Of a DNA stretch of 64,000 nucleotides, positions 18,918 to 28,814 are shown one piece after another. The notes under the pieces are model-generated. The model did not search any database. It had not been told where the DNA came from and saw only the letters and a program-made list of their open reading frames with translations. How positions within the stretch are numbered: position 1 is the stretch's first letter; each line of letters opens with the position of its first letter. Made by a program: the position numbers and the translations under genes. Source of the DNA: an uncultured Gemmatimonadales bacterium (GTDB lineage Bacteria; Gemmatimonadota; Gemmatimonadetes; Gemmatimonadales; GWC2-71-9); NCBI GenBank assembly GCA_963739455.1, contig CAVUAK010000001.1:864001-928000 (forward strand), read 5' to 3'.

Positions 18918-19267
18918 CGACCGGAGAAGGCTTCGCGCGGTCGCGCCGTCTGGCGCGCGCAGCCGACATCCGGCGGTGCCTGGCCAAGGGTCGGCGCCGC
19001 CGGTCCGCGTTTCTCGACCTGATCTGGATTGACAATGCACTGGGCCATCCGCGCATGGGGTTGATCGTTCCCCGATTCCAGGCGACTGCGGTGGCCCGCA
19101 ATCGTCTCAGGCGCCGGCTCAAGGAAGTGTGGCGTCGCGAGGTGCAGGCAGTGCAGCCGGCGTGCGACCTGCTCGTGCGTGCCCGTCGTGAGGCTTACAG
19201 CGCCTCGTACGATGCGCTCCGCGCCGAGATCCTGGGTTGGCGTGACGCGACGTGCCCTGCGCGGTGA
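18914..19267 (+). CDS. rnpA: RNase P protein component (inferred CTG start)
   Basis: [22 protein letters not shown]...[23 protein letters not shown] (RNR motif); syntenic with rpmH-yidD. Confidence 0.9.
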   Translation: MTTGEGFARSRRLARAADIRRCLAKGRRRRSAFLDLIWIDNALGHPRMGLIVPRFQATAVARNRLRRRLKEVWRREVQAVQPACDLLVRARREAYSASYDALRAEILGWRDATCPAR

Positions 19268-19270
19268 TTC

Positions 19271-19498
19271 ATGGACCTGCGTCTCCTTCCGCGCCGCACG
19301 CTCATGGCGGCGGTGCGGGCATACCAGTTAGCAATCTCCCCGCTGCTGCCACCCAGTTGCCGCTTCACGCCATCGTGCTCGGCCTATGCCCACGAGGCGC
19401 TCACACGCCACGGGGCGGTGCGCGGCTCCTGGCTCGCCGCGCGGCGACTGGCCCGCTGTCATCCATGGAATCCGGGTGGCTACGACCCGGTTCCGTGA
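19271..19498 (+). CDS. yidD: membrane protein insertion efficiency factor
   Basis: [34 protein letters not shown]. Confidence 0.95.
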   Translation: MDLRLLPRRTLMAAVRAYQLAISPLLPPSCRFTPSCSAYAHEALTRHGAVRGSWLAARRLARCHPWNPGGYDPVP

Positions 19499-19543
19499 CG
19501 ACTGGCGACTCACTGACGACTGAAGACAGCCGACTGACGACTC
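19496..19543. repeat. heptamer array, family A, filling the yidD-yidC gap
   Basis: TGACGAC TGGCGAC TCAC TGACGAC TGAAGAC AGCCGAC TGACGAC TC-ATG. Confidence 0.8.
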
Positions 19544-21295
19544 ATGGATAGACGCACGCTCTGGGCGGTCATGCTGATGATGGCGATCGCCCTGGTTCCG
19601 ACATTCTTCATCAAGAAGCCGGTACGCCCGACGCCACCCGCAGCCGGGGTGGTCAGGGACTCCGCGCAGGCATCCCTGCCTGGTGCTGCCGCCCCCGCGC
19701 CCGCCGCGGGGGCAGCTCCTGTCACCGCCACAAGCGCGGCACCAGCCGGGCCGGCCGACACCATCACCGTCACGACGCCGCTTGCCCGCTATGGGGTCAG
19801 CACCCGCGGCGGCGTGCTCACCTCGCTCGAGCTCGCGCGCTACAAGTCGTCGTTCGCCGGCACCAAGGGCCAGAAGGCCGACCTCATTCGTCCGGGGATC
19901 CCGCTGCTCGGCCTGTCGGTCATCAGCGGTGCCGACACCGTGCGACTGGACCAGTGGGATTTCCATGTCGAGCCGGCCGGCCTCACCGTTTCAGGCGAGC
20001 CCGCGTCCCTGACGCTCACGTCGGAGCGTGACGGTCGGTCAGTGAGGATTCGCTACACCTTCTCGCCAGACGACTACCGGGTGGGTGTTGCGGGGTCGAT
20101 CTCCGGCATTGATGCGGCCGGTGGGCAGCTGCTGCTCGGACTTGGTTCCGGCATCGCGAATACCGAGGCCGATTCAGTCGAGAATCCGAAGAGCGTCCCA
20201 CCGCCCGCCCTGGTCACGTACGGCGAGAGCGCCGAGCGGCACGACATCCCCAAGCTCACCGCCGGCGAGACCACCACTTTCAGCGGGCCGTTCGCCTGGG
20301 CCGCGCTCAAGTCCAAGTACTTCGTCACGGCCATTCTCGCGTTCGACTCAACTGGCGGGCGCCTGAGCGGCGTGTCGGCCACCCCGCCGCTGAGCGCAGG
20401 CAATCGTCCGCGGGCGGCGGCCACCGTGGTGCGCATGCCGATCGCCACCAGCGGGGACTTCTCGTACACGTTCTACGCCGGCCCGATGGAGTACGACCGC
20501 CTCAAGCGGATCGGGCACGACTTCGATGACGTGAACCCTTATGGGCTCCCGGGCTTCCGCACCCTGATCCGGTTCTTCGCGGCCCCGGTGCGCTGGCTGC
20601 TCGTGTGGATGCACGAGTCACTGCACATGAGCTACGGGTTCGTCCTGATTGCGTTCGGGCTGCTGGTGCGGCTCCTGCTGTGGCCGCTCAACCAGAAGGC
20701 GATGCGCGCCAACACCGCGCTGCAGGCGCTCCAGCCGCAGCTCCAGCGGATCCAGGAGCAGTACAAGCAGGACCCGGCGCAGCTGCAGAAGGAGATGTTC
20801 AAGCTCTACAAGGAGAACGGCGTCAATCCGCTGGGCGGCTGCTGGCCCATGCTGCTGCCGATGCCGGTGCTGTTTGCCCTGTTCTTCGTGCTGGGCAACT
20901 CAATCGAGTTGCGTGGCGTGCCGTTCCTCTGGTTCCCCGACCTGGCGCGGCCCGATCCGTTCTTCATCATCCCGGTGCTGAGCGGGCTCTCCATGTTCGG
21001 CCTGACCAAGGTCGGGCAGATGGGCATCCAGCACACGGCGCAGACGAAGATGCAGGCGCAGATGATGACCTACATGATGCCGGTCATGATCACCATCTTC
21101 GGCTTCAGCTTCGCCTCGGGCCTCAACCTGTACTGGACGGTGAGCAACCTGGCGAGCATCCCGCAGCAGTGGCTCATCGCGCGCGAGCGGATGAAGCTGC
21201 AGAAGGCCGAAGTGAAGGCATTCGTCGAGGTGAAGACGAAGCCGGTGGAAGAGGGCGGGAAGGGTGGAAAGGGGAAGGGCGGAAAGAAGGCCTAG
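19544..21295 (+). CDS. yidC: membrane protein insertase
   Basis: [42 protein letters not shown]. Confidence 0.97.
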   Translation: MDRRTLWAVMLMMAIALVPTFFIKKPVRPTPPAAGVVRDSAQASLPGAAAPAPAAGAAPVTATSAAPAGPADTITVTTPLARYGVSTRGGVLTSLELARYKSSFAGTKGQKADLIRPGIPLLGLSVISGADTVRLDQWDFHVEPAGLTVSGEPASLTLTSERDGRSVRIRYTFSPDDYRVGVAGSISGIDAAGGQLLLGLGSGIANTEADSVENPKSVPPPALVTYGESAERHDIPKLTAGETTTFSGPFAWAALKSKYFVTAILAFDSTGGRLSGVSATPPLSAGNRPRAAATVVRMPIATSGDFSYTFYAGPMEYDRLKRIGHDFDDVNPYGLPGFRTLIRFFAAPVRWLLVWMHESLHMSYGFVLIAFGLLVRLLLWPLNQKAMRANTALQALQPQLQRIQEQYKQDPAQLQKEMFKLYKENGVNPLGGCWPMLLPMPVLFALFFVLGNSIELRGVPFLWFPDLARPDPFFIIPVLSGLSMFGLTKVGQMGIQHTAQTKMQAQMMTYMMPVMITIFGFSFASGLNLYWTVSNLASIPQQWLIARERMKLQKAEVKAFVEVKTKPVEEGGKGGKGKGGKKA

Positions 21296-21495
21296 CGCTT
21301 GTGGGACCCGTCGCAGAAGGGGCGGGTCTTCGAGAGGCCGCAGCCGCACAGCTTGACCGTGCCGGGGTGCTTGAGGGACACGGGCGGCTCAATCGGGTCG
21401 CCCGCATTGTCGAAGAAGAGGGCCGGTCCCTCAATGTGTATGGGACCGGAAGGCTTCCAGGTGATCTTGATGGGGGTTTCTGGCGAGTCTGACAT
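21292..21495 (-). CDS. CDGSH iron-sulfur domain protein
   Basis: [17 protein letters not shown]. Confidence 0.9.
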   Translation of the reverse strand: MSDSPETPIKITWKPSGPIHIEGPALFFDNAGDPIEPPVSLKHPGTVKLCGCGLSKTRPFCDGSHKR

Positions 21496-21512
21496 ACTAG
21501 CAACGTAAGCGG

Positions 21513-22457
21513 TTATGCAGTCCGGACGCCCCCCGCTCTCTCCTCTGCCTCCCTCGCTTCATCCGCTCCCGCCAGCAGCGCCGCCGCGATGCCGCGCTCA
21601 CCCACCAGCGCCTCGGTCAATCGGTAGCCCATGTAGTAGCCGGCCCGCTCCGGAATGACGCGACCTGCCACCAGCCGTGCCGCGGGGCTCATGCCGCCCG
21701 ACAGGTACCTGAGCCGAAGGCCCAACCCGGCGCGATCGATGTCTGGTGCCGCCGCGCGCCGCAGGAACGACTCGAGTTCGCGGAGCCGCACGTACAGCCT
21801 GCGCGGGTAGCCGAAATAGTCGGACGCGCGGAAACCCGGCGCCACTGCCTGTGCCGCGTGCACCGCCAGCCCCTCGTTTACCAGCAGTTCACGCAACGTG
21901 GCCCGGCTGCCGACCTCCCAGTAGTCGTAGTAGCCCCTCGAGTCACGCACGATGCGGCTGATATCGCTGCGACTTCCGGTTGCGGTGTACCGGACGGTGT
22001 GCGCCAGTTCATGACCGATCCAGAGCGGAAGCAGCTCCGGCCCCAGCCCCAGCCCATAGGTCTCGGGGTTTACCCGGCCGGTGAAGTGCTCCAGGCAGAT
22101 GAACGCGACGCCGCGGCCGTCGATGACCAGCTCGCCGGCGTTGGCGGCGCCCATGCCCACCATCAGCACCACATCGGTCGGCTGCTCGATGCCCAGCACA
22201 TCGACCGCGCGCGCGATGGCCTCTTCGGCCACTCGCTCGAGGTCCACCGACTCGATCAGCGCGTAGAGATCACGCCGGTCGGCCCGGAGCGCTGCCTGGA
22301 TGACATCGACCGACGGCGGGCTGTCAGGGTCGAGGACGTAGTTGCGCCAGTAGGCGTCGAGGAGTGGGCGATGAGCTGCGTGAAATGATCGGTAGGAGGC
22401 CTCGCTGTCCGGCGCGTTGATCAGCGCGAGAAATTCCGGAACGAGGTTGATGAGCAC
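21513..22457 (-). CDS. putative Zn-dependent peptidase (DUF2268-like)
   Basis: GHELAH ... NEGLA (gluzincin-like), ERAGYYMGY. Confidence 0.7.
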   Translation of the reverse strand: MLINLVPEFLALINAPDSEASYRSFHAAHRPLLDAYWRNYVLDPDSPPSVDVIQAALRADRRDLYALIESVDLERVAEEAIARAVDVLGIEQPTDVVLMVGMGAANAGELVIDGRGVAFICLEHFTGRVNPETYGLGLGPELLPLWIGHELAHTVRYTATGSRSDISRIVRDSRGYYDYWEVGSRATLRELLVNEGLAVHAAQAVAPGFRASDYFGYPRRLYVRLRELESFLRRAAAPDIDRAGLGLRLRYLSGGMSPAARLVAGRVIPERAGYYMGYRLTEALVGERGIAAALLAGADEAREAEERAGGVRTA

Positions 22458-22492
22458 GGAGCACGATATGACGTGCGTCGGGACATTGCAAG

Positions 22493-22567
22493 AGTCTACA
22501 GTCGTCAGTCGGCAGTCCTCAGAAAGTCGTCAGCCAACTGACGACCGCCGACTCACGACTGCCGACT
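22493..22567. repeat. heptamer tandem-inverted array, family A
   Basis: AGTCTAC AGTCGTC AGTCGGC AGTCCTC AGAA AGTCGTC AGCCAAC TGACGAC CGCCGAC TCACGAC TGCCGAC. Confidence 0.85.
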
Positions 22568-23425
22568 TTAGTGCAACTGCTGCCTCTTCTGCTTTGCGAT
22601 GTCGTCGAGGAAGCGGCGCTCGTCCGGTGTCAGGCTTGCGAGGCCTTCAGCGCTGATCTTGTCGAGCACCCGGTCCATCTCGCGCGCCACCGGATCGGCC
22701 TCACCACTCCGCGACGGGAGTGACGCCGGTGATGCCGCCGCCGGGACCCGGCGCGACCGTTCCGCCTCGGCAGCCCCAGGTTGCACCATCACGGGGCGCG
22801 GCGCCGGTCGCCGGGGAGCGGCGTTCTCGGGTCCGTATGACTGGAGCCGGAAGAACAGGTACCCGAAGAGCGCGCCGCCAAGGTGCGCTTCGTACGCGAT
22901 GTTGGAGCTGCCGCGCAGGAACGGCAACGCCATGATGGCATTGAACCCCACCAGCAGGATGGCGAAGGTGCGCGCCTTCATCGGGATGGGGATCGGGATG
23001 ATGATCATCTCGGCGTCGGGCCAGAGCACGGCCAGCGCCACCGCAAGCCCCAGCACGGCGCCCGACGCCCCAACGAACGGCGTCACGACGGCGACCCGCG
23101 AGAGCACCAGCGCGAAGATCGCGGCACCTACACCGCAGTACAGGTAGTAAAGCAGGAACTTCTCGCCGCCCAGGCGCTGTTCCACCGCCGAGCCCAGCAT
23201 CCACAGGCCGAGTGAGTTGGCCAGCAAATGCAGGAGGTCGGCGTGCACGAACATGTAGGTGACAAACGTCCAGGGCCGGCTGAGCGCATTGCTGGGGTCA
23301 AACGCGAGCGCACGGAAGGCGCTGTCGGAAGTCAGGATGGTTTCCAGCAGCAGAAGCACCGCCGCGTTCGCGACGATGAGCCGTAGTACCCACGGGGTCA
23401 TCCGGGGATGGGAGATTGCCTGCAT
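22568..23425 (-). CDS. rhomboid family intramembrane serine protease with soluble C-terminal tail
   Basis: TYMFVHADLLHLLAN, VGASGA, AHLGGA; tail MDRVLDKISAEGLASLTPDERRFL. Confidence 0.92.
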   Translation of the reverse strand: MQAISHPRMTPWVLRLIVANAAVLLLLETILTSDSAFRALAFDPSNALSRPWTFVTYMFVHADLLHLLANSLGLWMLGSAVEQRLGGEKFLLYYLYCGVGAAIFALVLSRVAVVTPFVGASGAVLGLAVALAVLWPDAEMIIIPIPIPMKARTFAILLVGFNAIMALPFLRGSSNIAYEAHLGGALFGYLFFRLQSYGPENAAPRRPAPRPVMVQPGAAEAERSRRVPAAASPASLPSRSGEADPVAREMDRVLDKISAEGLASLTPDERRFLDDIAKQKRQQLH

Positions 23426-23438
23426 GCTGCCCGCCTCT

Positions 23439-24458
<1,020 letters not shown>

Positions 24459-25856
24459 TTATCTCGTCCCGATCAACTGCTGCAGTACGTCGTACCGGCT
24501 CACGATGCCGATCAGGACACCGTCCTTCCGGACCAGCGCCGCGGGGTTCTCCCGGGTCAGCATCGGGGCCAGCCGGTCGGTGGGGAAGGTGTGCTCCACC
24601 ACCGGGAACGGCGGGTCCATCACTTCGCGCACCGGGCGGTCGAGCAGGGCCGGCTGGGCCAGCGCGCGGGTCATGAGTGCCGACTCGACCAGTCCGCCCA
24701 CCGCCTCGCCATTCTCGATGACCGGAATCTGGCTCACTTCCCAGCTGCTCATCAGGTTGAGCGCCTGCCGCACCGCAGCCGCGGGCGCCACCTGCACCAG
24801 TGCCGGTGCGCTGCTGGGCCGGCGCAGGAGCAGCAGCTGCTCCACCGTGGCCTGGGGACGATCGAGCAGCTGGTTCTCCTGCATCCAGTCGTCGTTGAAC
24901 ACCTTCGAGAGGTAGCGCTCGCCGGTGTCGCAGAGGATGGTGACGACGTAGGCGTCGGGGTCGTCGAGCTCGCGCGCAATATCGAGCGCCACGGCCACGT
25001 TGAGGCCCGCCGACCCGCCGACGAGGATCCCCTCTTCGCGCGCGAGGCGGCGCGCCATCATCATCGACACGCGATCGGTCGCCTGCCGCCACTCGTCGAT
25101 GGTGTCGAACCAGATCGTGCTCGACACCTTGTCGCCGCCGATGCCTTCCACCTTGTACGGCGCGCCCGATCCCTGCTCCATGACGCCGGTGCGGGCATAC
25201 TCCGTCACCAGCGAGCCGACCGGGTCGCCGGCGATGATGCGGATCTTCGGGTTCTTCTCCTTGAGGTACTTGCCCGCGCCGCTGATCGTGCCACCGGTGC
25301 CGGCGCCCGCCACGAAGTGCGTCACCTTCCCGCCGGTCTGCTGCCAGATCTCGGGGCCGGTGGTCCGGTAGTGCGCCTCGGGATTGACCTGGTTGTAGTG
25401 CTGGTTCGCCATGATCGCACCGGGCGTGTCATGGACGATCTGCTTCGCCTTCATGATGTAGTTGTCGGGATGGTCGGCCGGCACCGCTGTCGGCGTCACC
25501 ACCACTTCGGCGCCGTAGGCGCGCAGCAGCCGCACCTTTTCCTGCGACATCTTGTCGGGCAGCGTGAAGATGCAGCGATAGCCCTTGATGGCCGCCGCCA
25601 TCGCGAGCCCGACGCCAGTGTTGCCGCTGGTGCCCTCGACGATCGTGCCGCCCGGCTTGAGCGCGCCACTCTGTTCGGCCGCCTCGATCATCGCGAGGCC
25701 GATGCGATCCTTCACCGAACCACCGGGGTTGGCGTACTCCGCCTTCCCGTAGATCGGCGTGCGGAGGCCGGCGCCGATCCGGCCAAGCCGGATCAGCGGC
25801 GTCCACCCGATGGTGTCGAGCACGTTCTCGTACGGCGACAGGTGCTGACCGGTCAT
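24459..25856 (-). CDS. cystathionine beta-synthase (PLP domain plus CBS pair)
   Basis: NPGGSVKDR, EGTSGNTG, GAGTGGT, YKVEGIG, DTGERYLSK, C-terminal CBS domains. Confidence 0.92.
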   Translation of the reverse strand: MTGQHLSPYENVLDTIGWTPLIRLGRIGAGLRTPIYGKAEYANPGGSVKDRIGLAMIEAAEQSGALKPGGTIVEGTSGNTGVGLAMAAAIKGYRCIFTLPDKMSQEKVRLLRAYGAEVVVTPTAVPADHPDNYIMKAKQIVHDTPGAIMANQHYNQVNPEAHYRTTGPEIWQQTGGKVTHFVAGAGTGGTISGAGKYLKEKNPKIRIIAGDPVGSLVTEYARTGVMEQGSGAPYKVEGIGGDKVSSTIWFDTIDEWRQATDRVSMMMARRLAREEGILVGGSAGLNVAVALDIARELDDPDAYVVTILCDTGERYLSKVFNDDWMQENQLLDRPQATVEQLLLLRRPSSAPALVQVAPAAAVRQALNLMSSWEVSQIPVIENGEAVGGLVESALMTRALAQPALLDRPVREVMDPPFPVVEHTFPTDRLAPMLTRENPAALVRKDGVLIGIVSRYDVLQQLIGTR

Positions 25857-26272
25857 GGCGTGACTCCACGGCCCTGCGGTGTGCGGAAGTAGATCGGCTG
25901 CAGAAACGCCATGGCGACCTTGGCGCCATCGCGTTCGGCCGGCGCATAGCGAAGCGAGGGTGCAGCCTGCAATGCCGCGCTGTCGAGCGCTGGATAGCCA
26001 CTCGATTCGGCCACCCGGGTCGAGTCGGCAACAAGGGTACCGCTGGTGTCCACCATCAGGCGCAGCAGCACCGTTCCCTCGATCCCCTGGTTCGCAAGCG
26101 CCGGGGGATAATCCACCGGCGAGTTGGGGTTGAGCGGCACCGGCGGCAGTTCCGTAGCCTTCGGCCCCTCGACGGGACGCGATGGCAGGCTCACGGTGCC
26201 GTCGCCCTTGCCGGTACAGGCGGCGAGGAGGGCGAGGCAGATCAGCGACCGGCCGGTGGGGATGCGCTTCAT
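25853..26272 (-). CDS. TonB C-terminal domain lipoprotein
   Basis: LLAAC lipobox, YPPALANQGIEGTV, SSGYPALDSAAL. Confidence 0.85.
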   Translation of the reverse strand: MKRIPTGRSLICLALLAACTGKGDGTVSLPSRPVEGPKATELPPVPLNPNSPVDYPPALANQGIEGTVLLRLMVDTSGTLVADSTRVAESSGYPALDSAALQAAPSLRYAPAERDGAKVAMAFLQPIYFRTPQGRGVTP

Positions 26273-26320
26273 GGGCGGAAGTTAGCGCCGGTGGCGTGGG
26301 GGCGCCCCTACATTGGTCCT

Positions 26321-28813
26321 GTGCCAACGACCCTTCCCATCGATGCCGTCCTGGATGACCTGCGCGCTGCCCTGGCAGCTGCAAGCAGCGCGGTGCTCCA
26401 GGCGCCACCGGGTGCCGGCAAGACCACCCGGGTGCCGCTCGCCCTGCGCGACGCGACGTGGCTCGGCGGGCGGAAGATCCTCATGCTCGAGCCCCGGCGC
26501 GTGGCCGCGCGCGCCGCGGCGCACTACATGGCCCGGTCTCTCGGCGAGGAGGCGGGTGCCACGGTGGGCTATCGGACTCGGCTTGATACCAGGGTCGGGC
26601 CTCGCACCCGTATCGAGGTCGTCACCGAGGGAATCCTCACCCGCATGATCAGCACCGACCCGGCCCTCGAGGAATACGGCCTGGTCATCTTCGACGAATT
26701 TCACGAGCGCAGCCTGCATGCCGACCTCGGCCTCTCACTGGCCCTCGAGAGCCAGGCCATTCTCCGGCCCGAACTCCGGATCCTCGTCATGTCGGCCACG
26801 CTCGACGGTGAGCGGGTAAGCCGATTGCTGGGAAGCGCACCGGTGTTGACCAGTGTCGGCCGGAGCTTCCCGGTGGAGCTTCGGTACGCAGCGCGCCAGG
26901 ATGACGGACGGATCGAGGGGCGTGTGGCGCGCGCGGTGGCCGATGCCTTGGCGAGCGACGATGGCGATGTGCTCGTGTTCCTCCCCGGGGCAGGGGAAAT
27001 CCGGCGGGTGGAAGACATTCTCAAGGGCAGCGACAGCGTGATCGTGCCCTTGCACGGCAACCTCGCCCCTGAGCAGCAGGACAAGGCACTCCGGCCTGAT
27101 GCTGGCGGGCGCCGCAAGGTGATCCTCGCCACCTCCATCGCCGAGACCAGCCTCACCATCGATGGCGTGCGCATCGTGGTGGACTCCGGCTTGTCGCGCG
27201 TGCCCCGCTTCTCCGCGCGCACGGGGATGACGCGCCTGGAAACGGTGCGGGTGTCGAGGGCGAGTGCCACACAGCGCGCCGGCAGGGCAGGGCGACAGGC
27301 GGCAGGGGTTGGCTACCGCCTGTGGAGTGAACCGGAGCAGGCGGGGCTGGTGCCGTATCATGATCCCGAGATCATGGATGCCGACCTGGCCCCGCTGGCA
27401 CTCACGCTGGCATCCACCGGAATGGACGCCGCGTCGATGCGCTGGATGGACGCGCCGCCGCCCGCCCACCTGTCGCAGGCGCGGCAACTGCTGCGGGATC
27501 TCGACGCGATCGACGACGCGGGGAAGATCACGCTGCACGGCCAGGAGCTTGCGACACTCGGCCTGCACCCAAGGCTCGGTCACATGATTGTCAGTGCCCA
27601 CGCGCTCGATGCCGTGTCGCTCGCCGCGGACATCGCGGCCCTGGTGGAGGAGCGTGACATCCTGCGCGCCGAGGGCGGCCCCGCCGATCCCGACCTGCGC
27701 ATTCGCCTCGACCTGCTGGCGCAGCGCAGCATTCCTCCGTTCAGTCACGGTGCTCGCGTCGCCCGGGACTCGGTGGAACGGATTCGTACCCACGCGAAAG
27801 CGCTGCGTCGCCAACTTGGTGTCCGCGAGGCAGCCTCGAACAGCAATGATGCCGGCCTGCTCCTCGCGCTCGCCTGGCCCGATCGCATCGCACAGCGCCG
27901 ACCAGGCACCGCGCGATTCCTCCTCCGAAATGGGCGGGGCGCCGTACTCGCCGTGCCGCACGCCCTCGCCGACGCCGACTTCATCGTCGCGACCGACCTG
28001 GACGACCGGGGCACCGAGAGCCGGATTTTCCTCGCGGCGCCGGTTACGCGCGACGAGATCGAGCAGCACCTGCATTCGCAGATCGTGGTGCAGGAGGAAG
28101 TAGCCTGGGACGCCGATGCGGGACGCGTCGAGGCACGTCGCACCCGCAGACTTGGGGCGATCATGCTGGGAGAGGGGCTGCTGCGCGACCCCGATCCCGC
28201 CGCCGTGGCGCACGCATTCCGGGATGGGCTGCAGCGCGCGGGTCTCGCGGCCATCCCGTGGAGTGAAGGTTTCGCGCGGCTGCGCGAGCGCCTCGCGTTC
28301 CTGCATCATCACGATCCGGCGTCGTGGCCCGGTGTCTCTGATGCGTCGCTGCTGGATCATCTCGAAGGCTGGCTGGCACCGCACGCGGCCAGGCTTCGCA
28401 GCCTCGCTGATCTTGACCGTATCGATTTCACCGCGATGCTGCTGGCCGAGCTCACCTGGCAGCAGCGCCAGGCGCTCGATGCCGAGGCGCCGACGCACAT
28501 GGAGGTACCGACGGGATCGCGCTTGCCGATCGACTACGCCGACCCGTCGTCACCAGTGCTCGCCGTGCGCCTGCAGGAGATGTTCGGCCTGGCGGAGACG
28601 CCAAAGGTCGCACGCGGTCGCGTGCCGCTCACGCTGCACCTGCTGTCGCCCGCGCATCGACCGGTGCAGGTGACGCGCGATCTCGGCGGATTCTGGAAGT
28701 CGAGCTACCACGATGTGCGGAAGGACCTGCGCGGGCGCTACCCGAAGCATCCGTGGCCGGAGGATCCGCTGGCTGCGCCACCCACGCGGCGCGCGAAGCC
28801 ACGCGGCACCTGA
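26321..28813 (+). CDS. hrpB: ATP-dependent RNA helicase HrpB
   Basis: APPGAGKTT, DEFHERS, MSAT, QRAGRAGR, LAVRLQEMFG, RGRYPKHPWP. Confidence 0.96.
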   Translation: MPTTLPIDAVLDDLRAALAAASSAVLQAPPGAGKTTRVPLALRDATWLGGRKILMLEPRRVAARAAAHYMARSLGEEAGATVGYRTRLDTRVGPRTRIEVVTEGILTRMISTDPALEEYGLVIFDEFHERSLHADLGLSLALESQAILRPELRILVMSATLDGERVSRLLGSAPVLTSVGRSFPVELRYAARQDDGRIEGRVARAVADALASDDGDVLVFLPGAGEIRRVEDILKGSDSVIVPLHGNLAPEQQDKALRPDAGGRRKVILATSIAETSLTIDGVRIVVDSGLSRVPRFSARTGMTRLETVRVSRASATQRAGRAGRQAAGVGYRLWSEPEQAGLVPYHDPEIMDADLAPLALTLASTGMDAASMRWMDAPPPAHLSQARQLLRDLDAIDDAGKITLHGQELATLGLHPRLGHMIVSAHALDAVSLAADIAALVEERDILRAEGGPADPDLRIRLDLLAQRSIPPFSHGARVARDSVERIRTHAKALRRQLGVREAASNSNDAGLLLALAWPDRIAQRRPGTARFLLRNGRGAVLAVPHALADADFIVATDLDDRGTESRIFLAAPVTRDEIEQHLHSQIVVQEEVAWDADAGRVEARRTRRLGAIMLGEGLLRDPDPAAVAHAFRDGLQRAGLAAIPWSEGFARLRERLAFLHHHDPASWPGVSDASLLDHLEGWLAPHAARLRSLADLDRIDFTAMLLAELTWQQRQALDAEAPTHMEVPTGSRLPIDYADPSSPVLAVRLQEMFGLAETPKVARGRVPLTLHLLSPAHRPVQVTRDLGGFWKSSYHDVRKDLRGRYPKHPWPEDPLAAPPTRRAKPRGT

Positions 28814-28814
28814 T

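Noticed and set aside
2814..22567. Short repeat arrays as CRISPR arrays
   Set aside because: Units are 7 bp with no unique 30-40-nt spacers, and there are no cas genes in the window.
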